A stretch of 64,000 nucleotides of DNA from Anaerolineae bacterium (lineage in GTDB: Bacteria; Chloroflexota; Anaerolineae; B4-G1; SLSP01), in assembly GCA_025454475.1 (NCBI GenBank), contig JALOOJ010000001.1, positions 6,015-70,014 of the forward strand, in the 5' to 3' direction. A model generated the notes under the pieces. It saw only the letters and a list, made by a program, of their open reading frames with translations, searched no databases and had not been told where the DNA came from. The translations under genes were made by a program, and so were the position numbers. Within the stretch, counting starts at the first letter, position 1. Each line of letters opens with the position of its first letter. Below are positions 18,313 through 27,943 of the stretch, piece by piece.

Positions 18313-19683
18313 GTGCCGGCACTCACAACCTATCGCAATGCTATCCCTCTCGGATTCTGTCCCGGCTGCGGTCACCGGCTGATCCTCGAGTCTCTCGATC
18401 GCGCCCTGGTGCGCCTACAGTGGGACCCCGCCAAGGTTGTCATCGTGAGCGACATCGGCTGTGTGGGGCTCTCGGACCAGTATCTCATCACCAGCGGGTT
18501 CCACGGGCTGCACGGGCGGAGCCTGACCTATGCCACGGGCATCAAGCTGGCCCGCCCTGACCTCCACGTGATTACCCTGATCGGCGATGGGGGCTGCGGG
18601 ATCGGTGCTGCGCACCTGGTCAGCGCGGCACGGCGCAATATCGGCGTGACCACGCTGGTCTTTAACAACCTCAACTTCGGCATGACGGGCGGCGAGCACA
18701 GCGTCACGACGCCCACGGACGGTAGGACCACCACCACCCCCTGGGGGAACACCGAGGTGCCGCTCGACATCGCGCAGACCGTGGCAGCCAACGGTGCGAT
18801 GCACGTGTGGCGCGGCACGGTCTTCGAGCCGGACCTCGACGACCGGATCGAGGCGGCGCTGCGCCACAACGGCTTTGCGCTGCTGGATATCTGGGACCTG
18901 TGTGTGGCCTACTATGCCGCCACCAACAAGGCAACGCCGCAGGCGCTCCTGGCAACGATGGAGCAATTCGGGCTGGCGCGGGGAACCCTCCGCTATCCAT
19001 CCGCAGACTCCAGACCCGAAGGCAGCGCCGCGCTCGCCGCGGTCTGGGCTCCCCTGCGGGGCAAGCCTGCAAGCCCGCCCAAGCCGCTGGACATGCGGTT
19101 TTCGTCGGCCCTGACGCGCCCCTTTGGCGTGACGCTCGCAGGCGCCGCCGGCACGCACGTCCGCGCCGCGGGACACCTCGTCGGCGCCGCCGCGACGCTG
19201 TCCGGCCTCTGGACCGCCCAGCGCGACGACTATCCCACCACCGTGCGGGCCGGTCACAGCACCAGCGAGGTCCTGATCTCGCCCGACCCGATCCACCACA
19301 TGGGGATCACACGCCCCGACGTGCTCTTCGTCCTGGCCCCCGAGGGGTACAAGAAGGCAGCGGCGAGCATTGGAAGGATGACGCCTGAGAGCTGGATCTT
19401 CGTCGTCCCCGAGCTTGCGGATCAGGTCACCGCTCAACTCGCCAATCACCCATCACCGCCTCACATACGGATCCTGGCTTTGGACGCGTTGAAGGGCATC
19501 GCGAGGTCGAGCAGGATGCTCGCCGCCGTCGCTGCGGGGGTCGCTTCTCTGGGCATCCTCGATCCCGAGGCGCTGATCGCCGGGGCTGGCGAGCTCGGCG
19601 CGGCCTACGCGCAGGTGAACCAGGACGCCGTCCGCACGGCACTGAGCGCGGCGGATGACATCGTCCGCCTCCCCGACGCATAG
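18313..19683 (+). CDS. 2-oxoacid:ferredoxin oxidoreductase beta subunit (TPP-binding) fused to a gamma-subunit-like domain
   Basis: YRNAIPLGFCPGCGH and GDGG TPP-binding motif of KorB/PorB; C-terminal about 180 aa resembles the POR gamma/catalytic domain. No alpha subunit gene nearby. GTG start. Confidence 0.65.
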   Translation: MPALTTYRNAIPLGFCPGCGHRLILESLDRALVRLQWDPAKVVIVSDIGCVGLSDQYLITSGFHGLHGRSLTYATGIKLARPDLHVITLIGDGGCGIGAAHLVSAARRNIGVTTLVFNNLNFGMTGGEHSVTTPTDGRTTTTPWGNTEVPLDIAQTVAANGAMHVWRGTVFEPDLDDRIEAALRHNGFALLDIWDLCVAYYAATNKATPQALLATMEQFGLARGTLRYPSADSRPEGSAALAAVWAPLRGKPASPPKPLDMRFSSALTRPFGVTLAGAAGTHVRAAGHLVGAAATLSGLWTAQRDDYPTTVRAGHSTSEVLISPDPIHHMGITRPDVLFVLAPEGYKKAAASIGRMTPESWIFVVPELADQVTAQLANHPSPPHIRILALDALKGIARSSRMLAAVAAGVASLGILDPEALIAGAGELGAAYAQVNQDAVRTALSAADDIVRLPDA

Positions 19684-21601
19684 ACGAGGCAATGTGAGGC
19701 CGGACCTGTCACGCCGGGCGATCCTGATCATCGGCGTCCTTACCGCCGGTGTACTGATGGCCCTCGCGCTCAACCTGAGCCCGTACCTTCGCGGCCCCGA
19801 GAGCTGGCGCTGGGCGTATGCCATCCCCGGCTGGCCGTGGCGACACCTGATCCCCGCGGTCGTCGTGGGCGGCTATTGCCTGGCCGTGACGCGCGCGCTA
19901 CAACGCTCACCAACTGGTCCAAAGGCCGCCGCACGGTTCCTGCTCCTGACGGCGGTGAGTGTTCCGCTGATCCAGGCGGCGCTGCTTTTCCCCGAGTCGC
20001 CGGACATCCTGCGCCCGCTCTTCTATCGCACGATCTCCGCGGGCGCAAGCGGCGTCTTCACCGTTGGAAGCCGCATTCAGGCGCTCCTGCCGTCCCTGCG
20101 CGACTACCCTGCGCTTATGCCCACCTTCCCGGTGCATCCCCAGCGCTATCCACCCGGCCTGCCCGTCCTATTCTACCTGGCGCGCAGGGCCTTCGAGTTG
20201 GCGCCCGGCCTGGCGGATCGGGTGGGGTTCACGCTCCGCCTCTACCAGTGCCACGATCTGGCGCTGATGCGCCTGTCCAACGCGACGCTCGCCACGGCGG
20301 CGATCCAGATGGCCCTGCCCATTGTCAGCGGCCTGGTCGTCTTTCCACTCTACGGGTTGGCAAAGGCAGTGGGCGGGAAACAAGCCGCGTGGGTAGCCGT
20401 GGGACTCTACCCCCTGGTGCCGTCGTTCGCGCTGTGGAGCGCCCGCTGGGATCAGGCCTATCCCCTCGTGGCGTGTCTGGCCTGGTGCCTGTTCGTCACC
20501 GGCCTCGTCAAAGATCGACTGTGGCTGCTGTTTGCCGCGGGGCTGACGCTTGGAGGAGGGCTGTTCCTGAGCTTTGGCCTGATCTCGATGGCGATGCCGC
20601 TGGGCATCACAGGCATCCTCTGGGCGATCTTGCGGCCCGGCGATCGCCGTCTGCGGCGCTTGGTACTGCGTGGTGCAGTAACGCTATCCGGCGTAGTTCT
20701 GCCCTGGGCGGCCTACCAGTGCATCGTGGGCAATGGGTTCGCCGACATCTGGCGCGTGTCGATGTCCTTCCATCTGGGGCTCTCCAGGGACTACTGGACC
20801 TGGCTCCTCTACCACCCCTACGATTTTCTCCTCTTCCTGGGACTCCCCATCGCCGGGCTCTTTGCCATCGGCGTCGTCCGGTCGCTGCGGCAGCCGCGCG
20901 AGCCTGCGTCCATCCTGACCCTCGCGTTCGCGCTGAGCCTGGTCGTGCTGATCCTGAGCGGCGTGGCGCGGGGTGAGGTGGCCCGGGTCTGGCTGTTTCT
21001 GTCCCCATTTCCAGTGATCGCTGCCGCATGCGTGCTCGCCCACTGGCCGCAGCGACGGTGCTATCTCCCGGTCATCTTCGGGTTGATGGCGATGAGCGTG
21101 CTCGTCCTCAACATATTCCTGCGTGTTGTGACCACCGGCGTGACCGATCCGCCTCACGTGGAGACCCAGGCCGAGGCGCCCGCGTTGGCCCATCGCTCTG
21201 GCGCCCGGTTCGGGGAGGACATCACCCTGATCGGCTACGACGTGAGCGACCGGACCTTGCGTGCAGGCAGCGCCTTCACCGTCACCGTGGCCTGGGATAC
21301 GCTCGCGCCGCTCTCAACCTCGTACACCGTGTTCAACCACCTGCGATCGTCCGACGGCGATCTGGTGGCGCAGATCGATGGCCTGCCGATGGGCGGCCTC
21401 GCGCCGACGACGTGTTGGCGCCCCGGACAGGTCATCGTGGACACGGTCGTGATCGAGGTACCGGAGAGACTTGCGCCGGGGACATACACGCTGGTGACGG
21501 GGCTGTACGACTACGACACAGGCGACCGCCTGCCCGTCGTCGGGCCCGGCGCCACGGCGGATGGCGAGCTGAACCTGACAACGGTTGAGGCGCCGCCGTG
21601 A
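19655..21601 (+). CDS. polytopic membrane protein, GT-C type (ArnT/PMT-like) glycosyltransferase candidate with C-terminal extracytoplasmic beta-sandwich
   Basis: Multiple TM helices then a soluble C-terminal domain (ITLIGYDVSDRTLRAGSAFTVTVAWD...TYTLVTGLYDYDTGDRL) typical of GT39/GT83-like proteins. Overlaps the previous gene by 29 nt. Confidence 0.45.
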   Translation: MTSSASPTHRRGNVRPDLSRRAILIIGVLTAGVLMALALNLSPYLRGPESWRWAYAIPGWPWRHLIPAVVVGGYCLAVTRALQRSPTGPKAAARFLLLTAVSVPLIQAALLFPESPDILRPLFYRTISAGASGVFTVGSRIQALLPSLRDYPALMPTFPVHPQRYPPGLPVLFYLARRAFELAPGLADRVGFTLRLYQCHDLALMRLSNATLATAAIQMALPIVSGLVVFPLYGLAKAVGGKQAAWVAVGLYPLVPSFALWSARWDQAYPLVACLAWCLFVTGLVKDRLWLLFAAGLTLGGGLFLSFGLISMAMPLGITGILWAILRPGDRRLRRLVLRGAVTLSGVVLPWAAYQCIVGNGFADIWRVSMSFHLGLSRDYWTWLLYHPYDFLLFLGLPIAGLFAIGVVRSLRQPREPASILTLAFALSLVVLILSGVARGEVARVWLFLSPFPVIAAACVLAHWPQRRCYLPVIFGLMAMSVLVLNIFLRVVTTGVTDPPHVETQAEAPALAHRSGARFGEDITLIGYDVSDRTLRAGSAFTVTVAWDTLAPLSTSYTVFNHLRSSDGDLVAQIDGLPMGGLAPTTCWRPGQVIVDTVVIEVPERLAPGTYTLVTGLYDYDTGDRLPVVGPGATADGELNLTTVEAPP

Positions 21602-21694
21602 GCATCTGCCGGAACGTTGCCTCGGCGACTCGCAGAAGGTGAAGCTGAGCCTAAGGTGTGCGTCAAACGCGATCCCATTCGGAAGGAGACCCCC

Positions 21695-22144
21695 ATGGCA
21701 CATGAACGACTGATTGTCAAAGACGCATCCCCATCGGACGCGGATATGATCGACGTCATCGGAGCGCCCCTGGCGGATGCGTGGACCGAGCTGCGCCGCT
21801 TCTTGGTCGAGACCTACGAGATTGAGCCCCTGCTGCAGTACGGCGGAAAACGCTACGGATGGAACGTCCAGCACCGGAAAGGCGGGCGCCCCCTGTGTGA
21901 GATGTACCCTGAACACGGGTCATTCACCGCTATGGTTGTGCTGGGCAAGAAAGAACTCGACCAGGCCATAGAGAGGTTGGAGACCTTCGGTTTGCTTGTT
22001 CGCCAGCGGCTGGTGGATACACCCCGCCACCCCGATGGCTGCTGGCTGTACATCCAGGTCACCGACCCGCAGACCTGCCAACAGGATGTACAGGACATTG
22101 AGCAACTGATCCTGATCAAGAGGAAGCCGCCCCGGAGGAAATAG
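21695..22144 (+). CDS. DUF3788-like small protein
   Basis: Start at MAHERL (GGAAGGAG RBS); YGGKRYGWNVQHRKGGRPLCEMYPEHGSFTAMVVLG pattern recalls DUF3788. Confidence 0.4.
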   Translation: MAHERLIVKDASPSDADMIDVIGAPLADAWTELRRFLVETYEIEPLLQYGGKRYGWNVQHRKGGRPLCEMYPEHGSFTAMVVLGKKELDQAIERLETFGLLVRQRLVDTPRHPDGCWLYIQVTDPQTCQQDVQDIEQLILIKRKPPRRK

Positions 22145-22687
22145 ATCGCTTCCCTATGCTCTGGCCGGGTGAGAGCATCGTCACAAGACAAGCTGACGAG
22201 ACATCCCGAAGGTGCCGATACCTCGACGAAGACCTTTGAGCTCTCCTGCTCCTGAAGGCACCTGCTCCGGCCGCATAGCTCAAAGGTCTCAGACTGCCGT
22301 CTTACCTAACCTGTGCAAGGCGCCCCTCCAGGTACCAGGGACGCTGTCAGTGCCGGGGACTTTCCGCAGTCCCCGGCACTTTACGGACGGAGATGCTGCG
22401 CAAAGGCCGGGCTCGTGCGTCAGGGGCCGAGGGAGCAGCGTGTCTGCCCCCATCCTGAAATGCACCCGCCGCCACTGGGTGGGCGTCACTTTTCCGCAGG
22501 ACTGTGCGCTCGCACGGCTGCCGTAGGGCGAAGTTGCACTTCGGCCATCCGGGCGGCGCATATTCCGAGTGGCGCCGACGCTCGACTGCCGCGGGTTCGC
22601 CCTACGCAGGGAGCGCCTGCCCAAGTCTGGCCGTGTTTGCCGCTATTGATGCGGAAATCTGACGGACACCCCCGCGCCACCGAAACG

Positions 22688-22715
22688 TTGACAGATCCGC
22701 CAACCTCGCTATCAT
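22688..22715 (+). promoter_or_regulatory. sigma70-type promoter TTGACA-16-TATCAT
   Basis: About 130 nt upstream of the ABC ATPase start at 22848. Confidence 0.5.
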
Positions 22716-22847
22716 GCACCCTTAGCCTGGCACGTTGCAGGGTGTCTCATCCAGAGAGCGAAGCACAGCCGCTGGGAATGCGCGGTCAGCTTTGCTCTCT
22801 TCGCATGCTTGTGACCAGATGATCACATTTTCGGGGAGGAGAAGCAC

Positions 22848-23795
22848 ATGATCGATGTCACCGGGTTGACCAAGTTCTACGGCCCGATCCGCGCGCTCGA
22901 GGATGTCTCGTTCAGCATCAAGAGCGGCGAGATCGTGGGCCTGTTGGGACCCAACGGCGCGGGCAAGACGACGTTCCTCAAGATCCTGACGGGGTATCTT
23001 CAGCCAGATGAGGGGACCGTCCTCGTCGACGGGCTGGACGTGCAGGAGCACACGCGCGAGGTCCAGTCGCGGGTTGGGTATCTGCCCGAGACGGCCCCGC
23101 TCTATCCGGAGCTGTCGACGCAGGGCTATCTGCAGATGATCGCCGCGCTGCGGCTGATCCCCGAGGAGGACCGGCAGCGCCTGATCTCCGAGGCCGTGTA
23201 TGCCACGGGGCTCGAGGAACACCTCACCCGCCCCATCGGGCAACTGAGCAAGGGGTTCCGCCAGCGGGTGGGACTGGCCCAGGCCATCCTCCACAAGCCC
23301 AAGCTGCTGATTTTCGATGAGCCCACGGTGGGCCTGGACCCCACGCAGATCGTGGAGATCCGCAACCTGATCCGACGGCTCTCCAAGCACAGCACAGTCC
23401 TCTTCTCGACGCACATTCTCTCGGAGGTCGAAGCGCTCTGCGATCGCGCCATCATTCTCATCAATGGGCGCGTCGAGGCGGATGCGCGGATGGCGGAGCT
23501 GGCGGCAACCTCGGACGCGATCCTGGTGCTGCAGCGCCCGGTGTCCGATGCACGGGCGACCCTGAGCAAGATGGCGCTGGCCCAGACCGTCACGTCGTTC
23601 CAGAGCAGCGATGGGTATCCCGCGCTCCGGGTCCATGGCAAGCCTAACGCCGCCTCAGCCCTGACCCCCGCGATCTATGATCTGGCGCGGCAAAACGGTT
23701 GGCCCGTTCGCGAGCTGCGCCGGGACGTGCGAACGCTTGAGAGCGTGTTCAACGCACTTGCGCTGGGCCCAGAGGCCGCGGAGGTGGCAGCATGA
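22848..23795 (+). CDS. ABC transporter ATP-binding protein (GldA-like, ABC-2 type)
   Basis: Walker A GPNGAGKTT, signature LSKGFRQRV, Walker B LLIFDEPTVGLD; GGGAGGAG RBS. Confidence 0.9.
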   Translation: MIDVTGLTKFYGPIRALEDVSFSIKSGEIVGLLGPNGAGKTTFLKILTGYLQPDEGTVLVDGLDVQEHTREVQSRVGYLPETAPLYPELSTQGYLQMIAALRLIPEEDRQRLISEAVYATGLEEHLTRPIGQLSKGFRQRVGLAQAILHKPKLLIFDEPTVGLDPTQIVEIRNLIRRLSKHSTVLFSTHILSEVEALCDRAIILINGRVEADARMAELAATSDAILVLQRPVSDARATLSKMALAQTVTSFQSSDGYPALRVHGKPNAASALTPAIYDLARQNGWPVRELRRDVRTLESVFNALALGPEAAEVAA

Positions 23796-26700
23796 ACGCG
23801 CGCACAACGACTCCCCAAGACGCATCCTTCGGGTCGAAAATGAACACGATGATCCAACAGACGCTAACAATCACCCGCAAGGAGCTGCGTGGGTACTTCG
23901 GGTCAGCCGTTCCGACGGCCCTGATCTTCATCGGCACGTTCCTGGCCGCAGCCCTCTTCTCGTTCTTCTGGGTGGATACCTTCTTCGCGCGCGGCATCGC
24001 CGACGTGCGCCCGCTCTTCCAGTGGATGCCGGTGCTGATGATCTTCCTGGTCGCGGCATTGACAATGCGGCAGTGGAGCGAGGAGCAGAGCTCGGGGACG
24101 CTGGAGATCCTGCTCACGCTGCCGGTGTCGACGGTCCAGTTGGTGCTGGGCAAGTTCCTGGCGGTGGTAGCGCTCGTGGCAGTGGCTCTAGGACTGACGC
24201 TGTTCCTGCCGCTGACCGTGTCGCTGCTGGGTAACCTCGATTGGGGGCCCGTCGTTGGCGGGTATCTCGCGGCGATCCTGCTCGCGAGCGCCTATGCCGC
24301 CATCGGCCTCTTCGTCTCCTCGCGCACCGACAACCAGATCGTGTCGCTGATCGCCACGGTGCTTCTGTGTGGCGTCCTCTACGGCGTGGGCACCGCGGGA
24401 GTCACCGACTTCTTCGGCAACCAGGTCGGTGACATCCTCAGGGCCATCGGCGCGGGCAGCCGTTTCGAGTCGATCCAGCGCGGCGTGATCGACCTGCGCG
24501 ACCTCGCCTACTACGTCACGTTAGCGGGCATCTTCCTCACGCTCAACGTCCTGTCGCTCAAGGCCAAGGGCTGGAGCGAGGCCGAGCAGGGGCTGCCGAA
24601 GCGGCGCGGCGTCGCAATCACCTCGGCGCTGTTGGCGGTCAACCTGCTGATGGTCAACGTCTGGGCCGCGCCGCTACGCGGGCTGCGCATCGACCTGACC
24701 CAGAACAAGGAATACACGCTCTCACAGACGACGAAGGACCTGCTGCGCTCGCTGCAGGAGCCGCTGCTGATCCGGGGCTACTTCAGTGAGAAGACCCACC
24801 CGTTACTGGCGCCGCTCGTGCCCACAGTGCGCGATATGCTGCAGGAGTACCAGGTCGCATCGGGTGGCACCGTCCAGTTGGAAATCATCGACCCAGCGAC
24901 GGAGCCTGAGAAGGAAGCCGAGGCCAACCAGGTCTACGGCATCCGGCCCACGCCGTTCCAGATCACCGGGCGCTACGAAGCCTCGGTCATCAACTCCTAC
25001 TTCGATATCCTCATCCAGTATGGGGACCAGAGCGCCGTGCTCACCTTCAACGACCTGATCGAGGTAAAGGCAACCAACGCCGGCGACCTGGACGTTGGCC
25101 TCCGCAACCTGGAGTACGATCTCACCAGCAACATCAAGAAGGTGGCCTACAGCTTCCAGAACACCGACGCCGTCCTGGCATCGCTCACCGAGCCGGTCGA
25201 GCTGGTCGCCTATGTCACGCCAAACACGCTTCCCGAGGCGCTGGCCGCAGTCCCCGCCACGATCGAGACCGTCCTTCAGGACATCGCGAGCCGCTCGGCG
25301 GGAAAGTTCACCTACCGCTTCGTGGACCCGGGCGCCGCTGATAGCGAGATCACCCCGCAGGAGCTATACGACCGCTACGGGCTCCAGCCGCTGGCAGCCT
25401 CCCTCTTCTCGGGAGAGAGCTACTACCTCTATATGGTCCTCGAGGCCGGGGGCCAAGCGCACATCATCTACCCGCAGGGCGAGCTCGCCGAAGCGGATGT
25501 GCGCGCGGCGGTCGAGTCCGCCCTCAAGCGCTCCGCATCAGGGTTCCTGCAGGTGGTTGGCCTGTGGACCCCGCCCGCGACGCCCACCCAGGATATGTTT
25601 GGCCAGATGCAGCAGCCGATCTCATCCTGGGAGCAGATCAGCCAGGCGCTGGGCGAGGAGTATGAGGTGCGCACCGTCGATCTGAGCACCGGCGTTATCG
25701 CGGGCGATATCGATGTGCTCGTGCTCATTGGCCCACAGGGCCTCGACGAGAAGGCGCTGTACGCGATCGACCAGCACCTGATGCGCGGCGGCGCGCTGGT
25801 GGTCGCCGCCGGAAACATGACCATCATGCCCGACCAGTTCAGCGGCGGCCTCGGTTCTCAGCCCGTCACCGGGGGGCTCCAGGAGATGCTGCAGGCCTAC
25901 GGCTTCACGGTCGAGAACACGCTAGTGTTGGACCCGCAGAACGAGCCGTTCCCCATCCCGGTGGTCCGTGAGGTCGGCGGATTCCAGGTTCAGGAGATTC
26001 AGGCGCTGGACTATCCTCTGTTTGTCGACATCCGTTCCGATGGGATGGCGGCAAACAACCCCATCGTCTCGGGCCTGTCGGCGGTGACACTGAACTGGGC
26101 CTCCCCAATCACGGTCGACGCGACCAAGAATGCAGGTCGCGAGGTAGCAGTCCTGTTACAGTCCACAGCAGGGGCGTGGACACAGCAAGACTTCAACATC
26201 CAGCCCGACTTCACCCTCTATCCCGATGCGGGCTTTGCCCAGGTAGGGGACACCAAGGCCTACACGTTGGCCGTATCGGCGCGAGGCACGTTCGAGTCCT
26301 TCTTCAAGGGCAAGCCTTCACCGCTTGAGGCGGTGGCTACCGCTGAAGAGGCCCCGGCAGAGGATGCGACGCCAACACCGGCGCCGGTGAACGTGGGCAC
26401 AATCGAGATCTCGCCTGATACCACCCGCGTGGTCATCATCGGCAGTTTGGAGTTCATCGACGATATCGTGCTGCAGCTCTCCTCCACATTGAGCGGCGAC
26501 CGGTACCTCAACAACCTCAAGCTGGTGCAGAACGCCGTCGCGTGGACGGTCGAGGACCTGGACCTGCTGGAGATCCGCTCGCGCGGCACAGCGGCGCGGG
26601 TCCTGATCCCACTGACGGAAAGCGCGCAGTCATTCTGGGAGCTGGTGAACTACGCTCTGGCGCTCATCTCCATCGTGGCGATCGGCATCGTCAGCACGAT

Positions 26701-26851
26701 GCGGCGGCGCAATGAAGCCCCGATGACGCTGCTCACCCCGGAAGAGGTGGGGTACACGGGCCGCAAACGCAAGGTCGATACGGCCCCGGCAGCTAAGGCA
26801 GAGGACAAGAGCGGCGATGCTGACGCCGACTCGGAGGAGGTGGAGGCATGA
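23792..26851 (+). CDS. ABC-2 family permease (GldF-like) fused to a GldG-like auxiliary domain
   Basis: N-terminal about 260 aa with six TM helices of ABC-2 permease type; long extracytoplasmic GldG-like domain; C-terminal TM anchor. Overlaps the ATPase stop (ATGA). Confidence 0.7.
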   Translation: MNARTTTPQDASFGSKMNTMIQQTLTITRKELRGYFGSAVPTALIFIGTFLAAALFSFFWVDTFFARGIADVRPLFQWMPVLMIFLVAALTMRQWSEEQSSGTLEILLTLPVSTVQLVLGKFLAVVALVAVALGLTLFLPLTVSLLGNLDWGPVVGGYLAAILLASAYAAIGLFVSSRTDNQIVSLIATVLLCGVLYGVGTAGVTDFFGNQVGDILRAIGAGSRFESIQRGVIDLRDLAYYVTLAGIFLTLNVLSLKAKGWSEAEQGLPKRRGVAITSALLAVNLLMVNVWAAPLRGLRIDLTQNKEYTLSQTTKDLLRSLQEPLLIRGYFSEKTHPLLAPLVPTVRDMLQEYQVASGGTVQLEIIDPATEPEKEAEANQVYGIRPTPFQITGRYEASVINSYFDILIQYGDQSAVLTFNDLIEVKATNAGDLDVGLRNLEYDLTSNIKKVAYSFQNTDAVLASLTEPVELVAYVTPNTLPEALAAVPATIETVLQDIASRSAGKFTYRFVDPGAADSEITPQELYDRYGLQPLAASLFSGESYYLYMVLEAGGQAHIIYPQGELAEADVRAAVESALKRSASGFLQVVGLWTPPATPTQDMFGQMQQPISSWEQISQALGEEYEVRTVDLSTGVIAGDIDVLVLIGPQGLDEKALYAIDQHLMRGGALVVAAGNMTIMPDQFSGGLGSQPVTGGLQEMLQAYGFTVENTLVLDPQNEPFPIPVVREVGGFQVQEIQALDYPLFVDIRSDGMAANNPIVSGLSAVTLNWASPITVDATKNAGREVAVLLQSTAGAWTQQDFNIQPDFTLYPDAGFAQVGDTKAYTLAVSARGTFESFFKGKPSPLEAVATAEEAPAEDATPTPAPVNVGTIEISPDTTRVVIIGSLEFIDDIVLQLSSTLSGDRYLNNLKLVQNAVAWTVEDLDLLEIRSRGTAARVLIPLTESAQSFWELVNYALALISIVAIGIVSTMRRRNEAPMTLLTPEEVGYTGRKRKVDTAPAAKAEDKSGDADADSEEVEA

Positions 26852-27819
26852 AACGACATCAGCAGATCCTACTAGGTGTCTTGGTGCTGCAGGTGATCCT
26901 GAGTGTGGTCGTCTTCTGGCCCCGTCAAGTCTCGTCGGGATCCGGCGAACCGATCTTCCCCGATCTGACGGTGGATGATGTAGTGGGTCTAACAGTTACG
27001 GATAATACGGGCGGGCGCATCCTCATGCGCAAAGTCGATGGGGCGTGGCTCCTTCCCGAGGCCGGAGACTACCCGGTGAAGGAGGATTCCATCAAGCCGG
27101 TGATCGAGAAGCTGATCACGCTCGACAAAGCGACGCTGGTCGCACGTTCGGAGGCCAACCACAACCAGCTCGAGGTGGCCGAAGACAAGTTTCAGCGGCG
27201 GCTCGATGTCGAGACCGCCGACGGCAAGACAGTCACGATCTTCCTGGGGACCGCGCCACGTTACACCGCAACGCACTTCCGGGTTAGCGATCAGCCTGAG
27301 ACCTATCTCACGACCGCAGCCTCGAGTTGGGAGTTCTACACCCGCCCGACAAGCTGGGTTGATACGAGCTACATTGCCGTCGATCAGGCCACTGTCACCG
27401 GCGCAGTACTGGAGAACGCTCAGGGGATATTCACATTCGTGAAGTCCGGCGAAGACTGGACACTGGCGGACCTGCAAGAAGGCGAGACGATCTCGGCGGG
27501 CGCGACCAACGCCATCGTGCGTAACGCAAGCACCCTCTCGCTCTCGGTGCCTCTGGGCAAGGCCGAGGACCCGGCGTACGGCCTGGATGCGCCCAATGCT
27601 GTTGTCACGCTTGAGACTGAGGATGGCGCGACGCACGTGTTGCTGGTGGGCGCCAAGAATGCTGACGACAACACCTACGTGGTCAAAGCATCAGATTCAC
27701 CCTACTACGTCCGTGTCTCGGACTACCTCGTCTCGGCGATGGTCGAGAACGGTCGGGAGAGCTTCCTGACCGTCCCGCCCACGCCGGAGCCGGAGAGCAC
27801 AGCAACTCCTGCGCCCTAG
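26848..27819 (+). CDS. DUF4340-like protein (commonly follows GldG-type genes)
   Basis: N-terminal TM anchor, overlapping start (ATGA); composition and order match the usual GldG/DUF4340 pairing. Confidence 0.55.
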   Translation: MKRHQQILLGVLVLQVILSVVVFWPRQVSSGSGEPIFPDLTVDDVVGLTVTDNTGGRILMRKVDGAWLLPEAGDYPVKEDSIKPVIEKLITLDKATLVARSEANHNQLEVAEDKFQRRLDVETADGKTVTIFLGTAPRYTATHFRVSDQPETYLTTAASSWEFYTRPTSWVDTSYIAVDQATVTGAVLENAQGIFTFVKSGEDWTLADLQEGETISAGATNAIVRNASTLSLSVPLGKAEDPAYGLDAPNAVVTLETEDGATHVLLVGAKNADDNTYVVKASDSPYYVRVSDYLVSAMVENGRESFLTVPPTPEPESTATPAP

Positions 27820-27832
27820 CGCATATCGCAGA

Positions 27833-27866
27833 AGCGCCCCCGCCAATTGGCGGGGGCGCTTTGTTT
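27833..27866 (+). terminator. rho-independent terminator
   Basis: agcgcccccgcc-aatt-ggcgggggcgct followed by ttgttt, 14 bp after the DUF4340 stop. Confidence 0.8.
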
Positions 27867-27943
27867 CCACGTTGTGAGCCGTTGCCCCGCGGGTCCAGGC
27901 ATTCCGATGCCAAGCCATTCCGATGCCAAGCCATTCCGATGGC

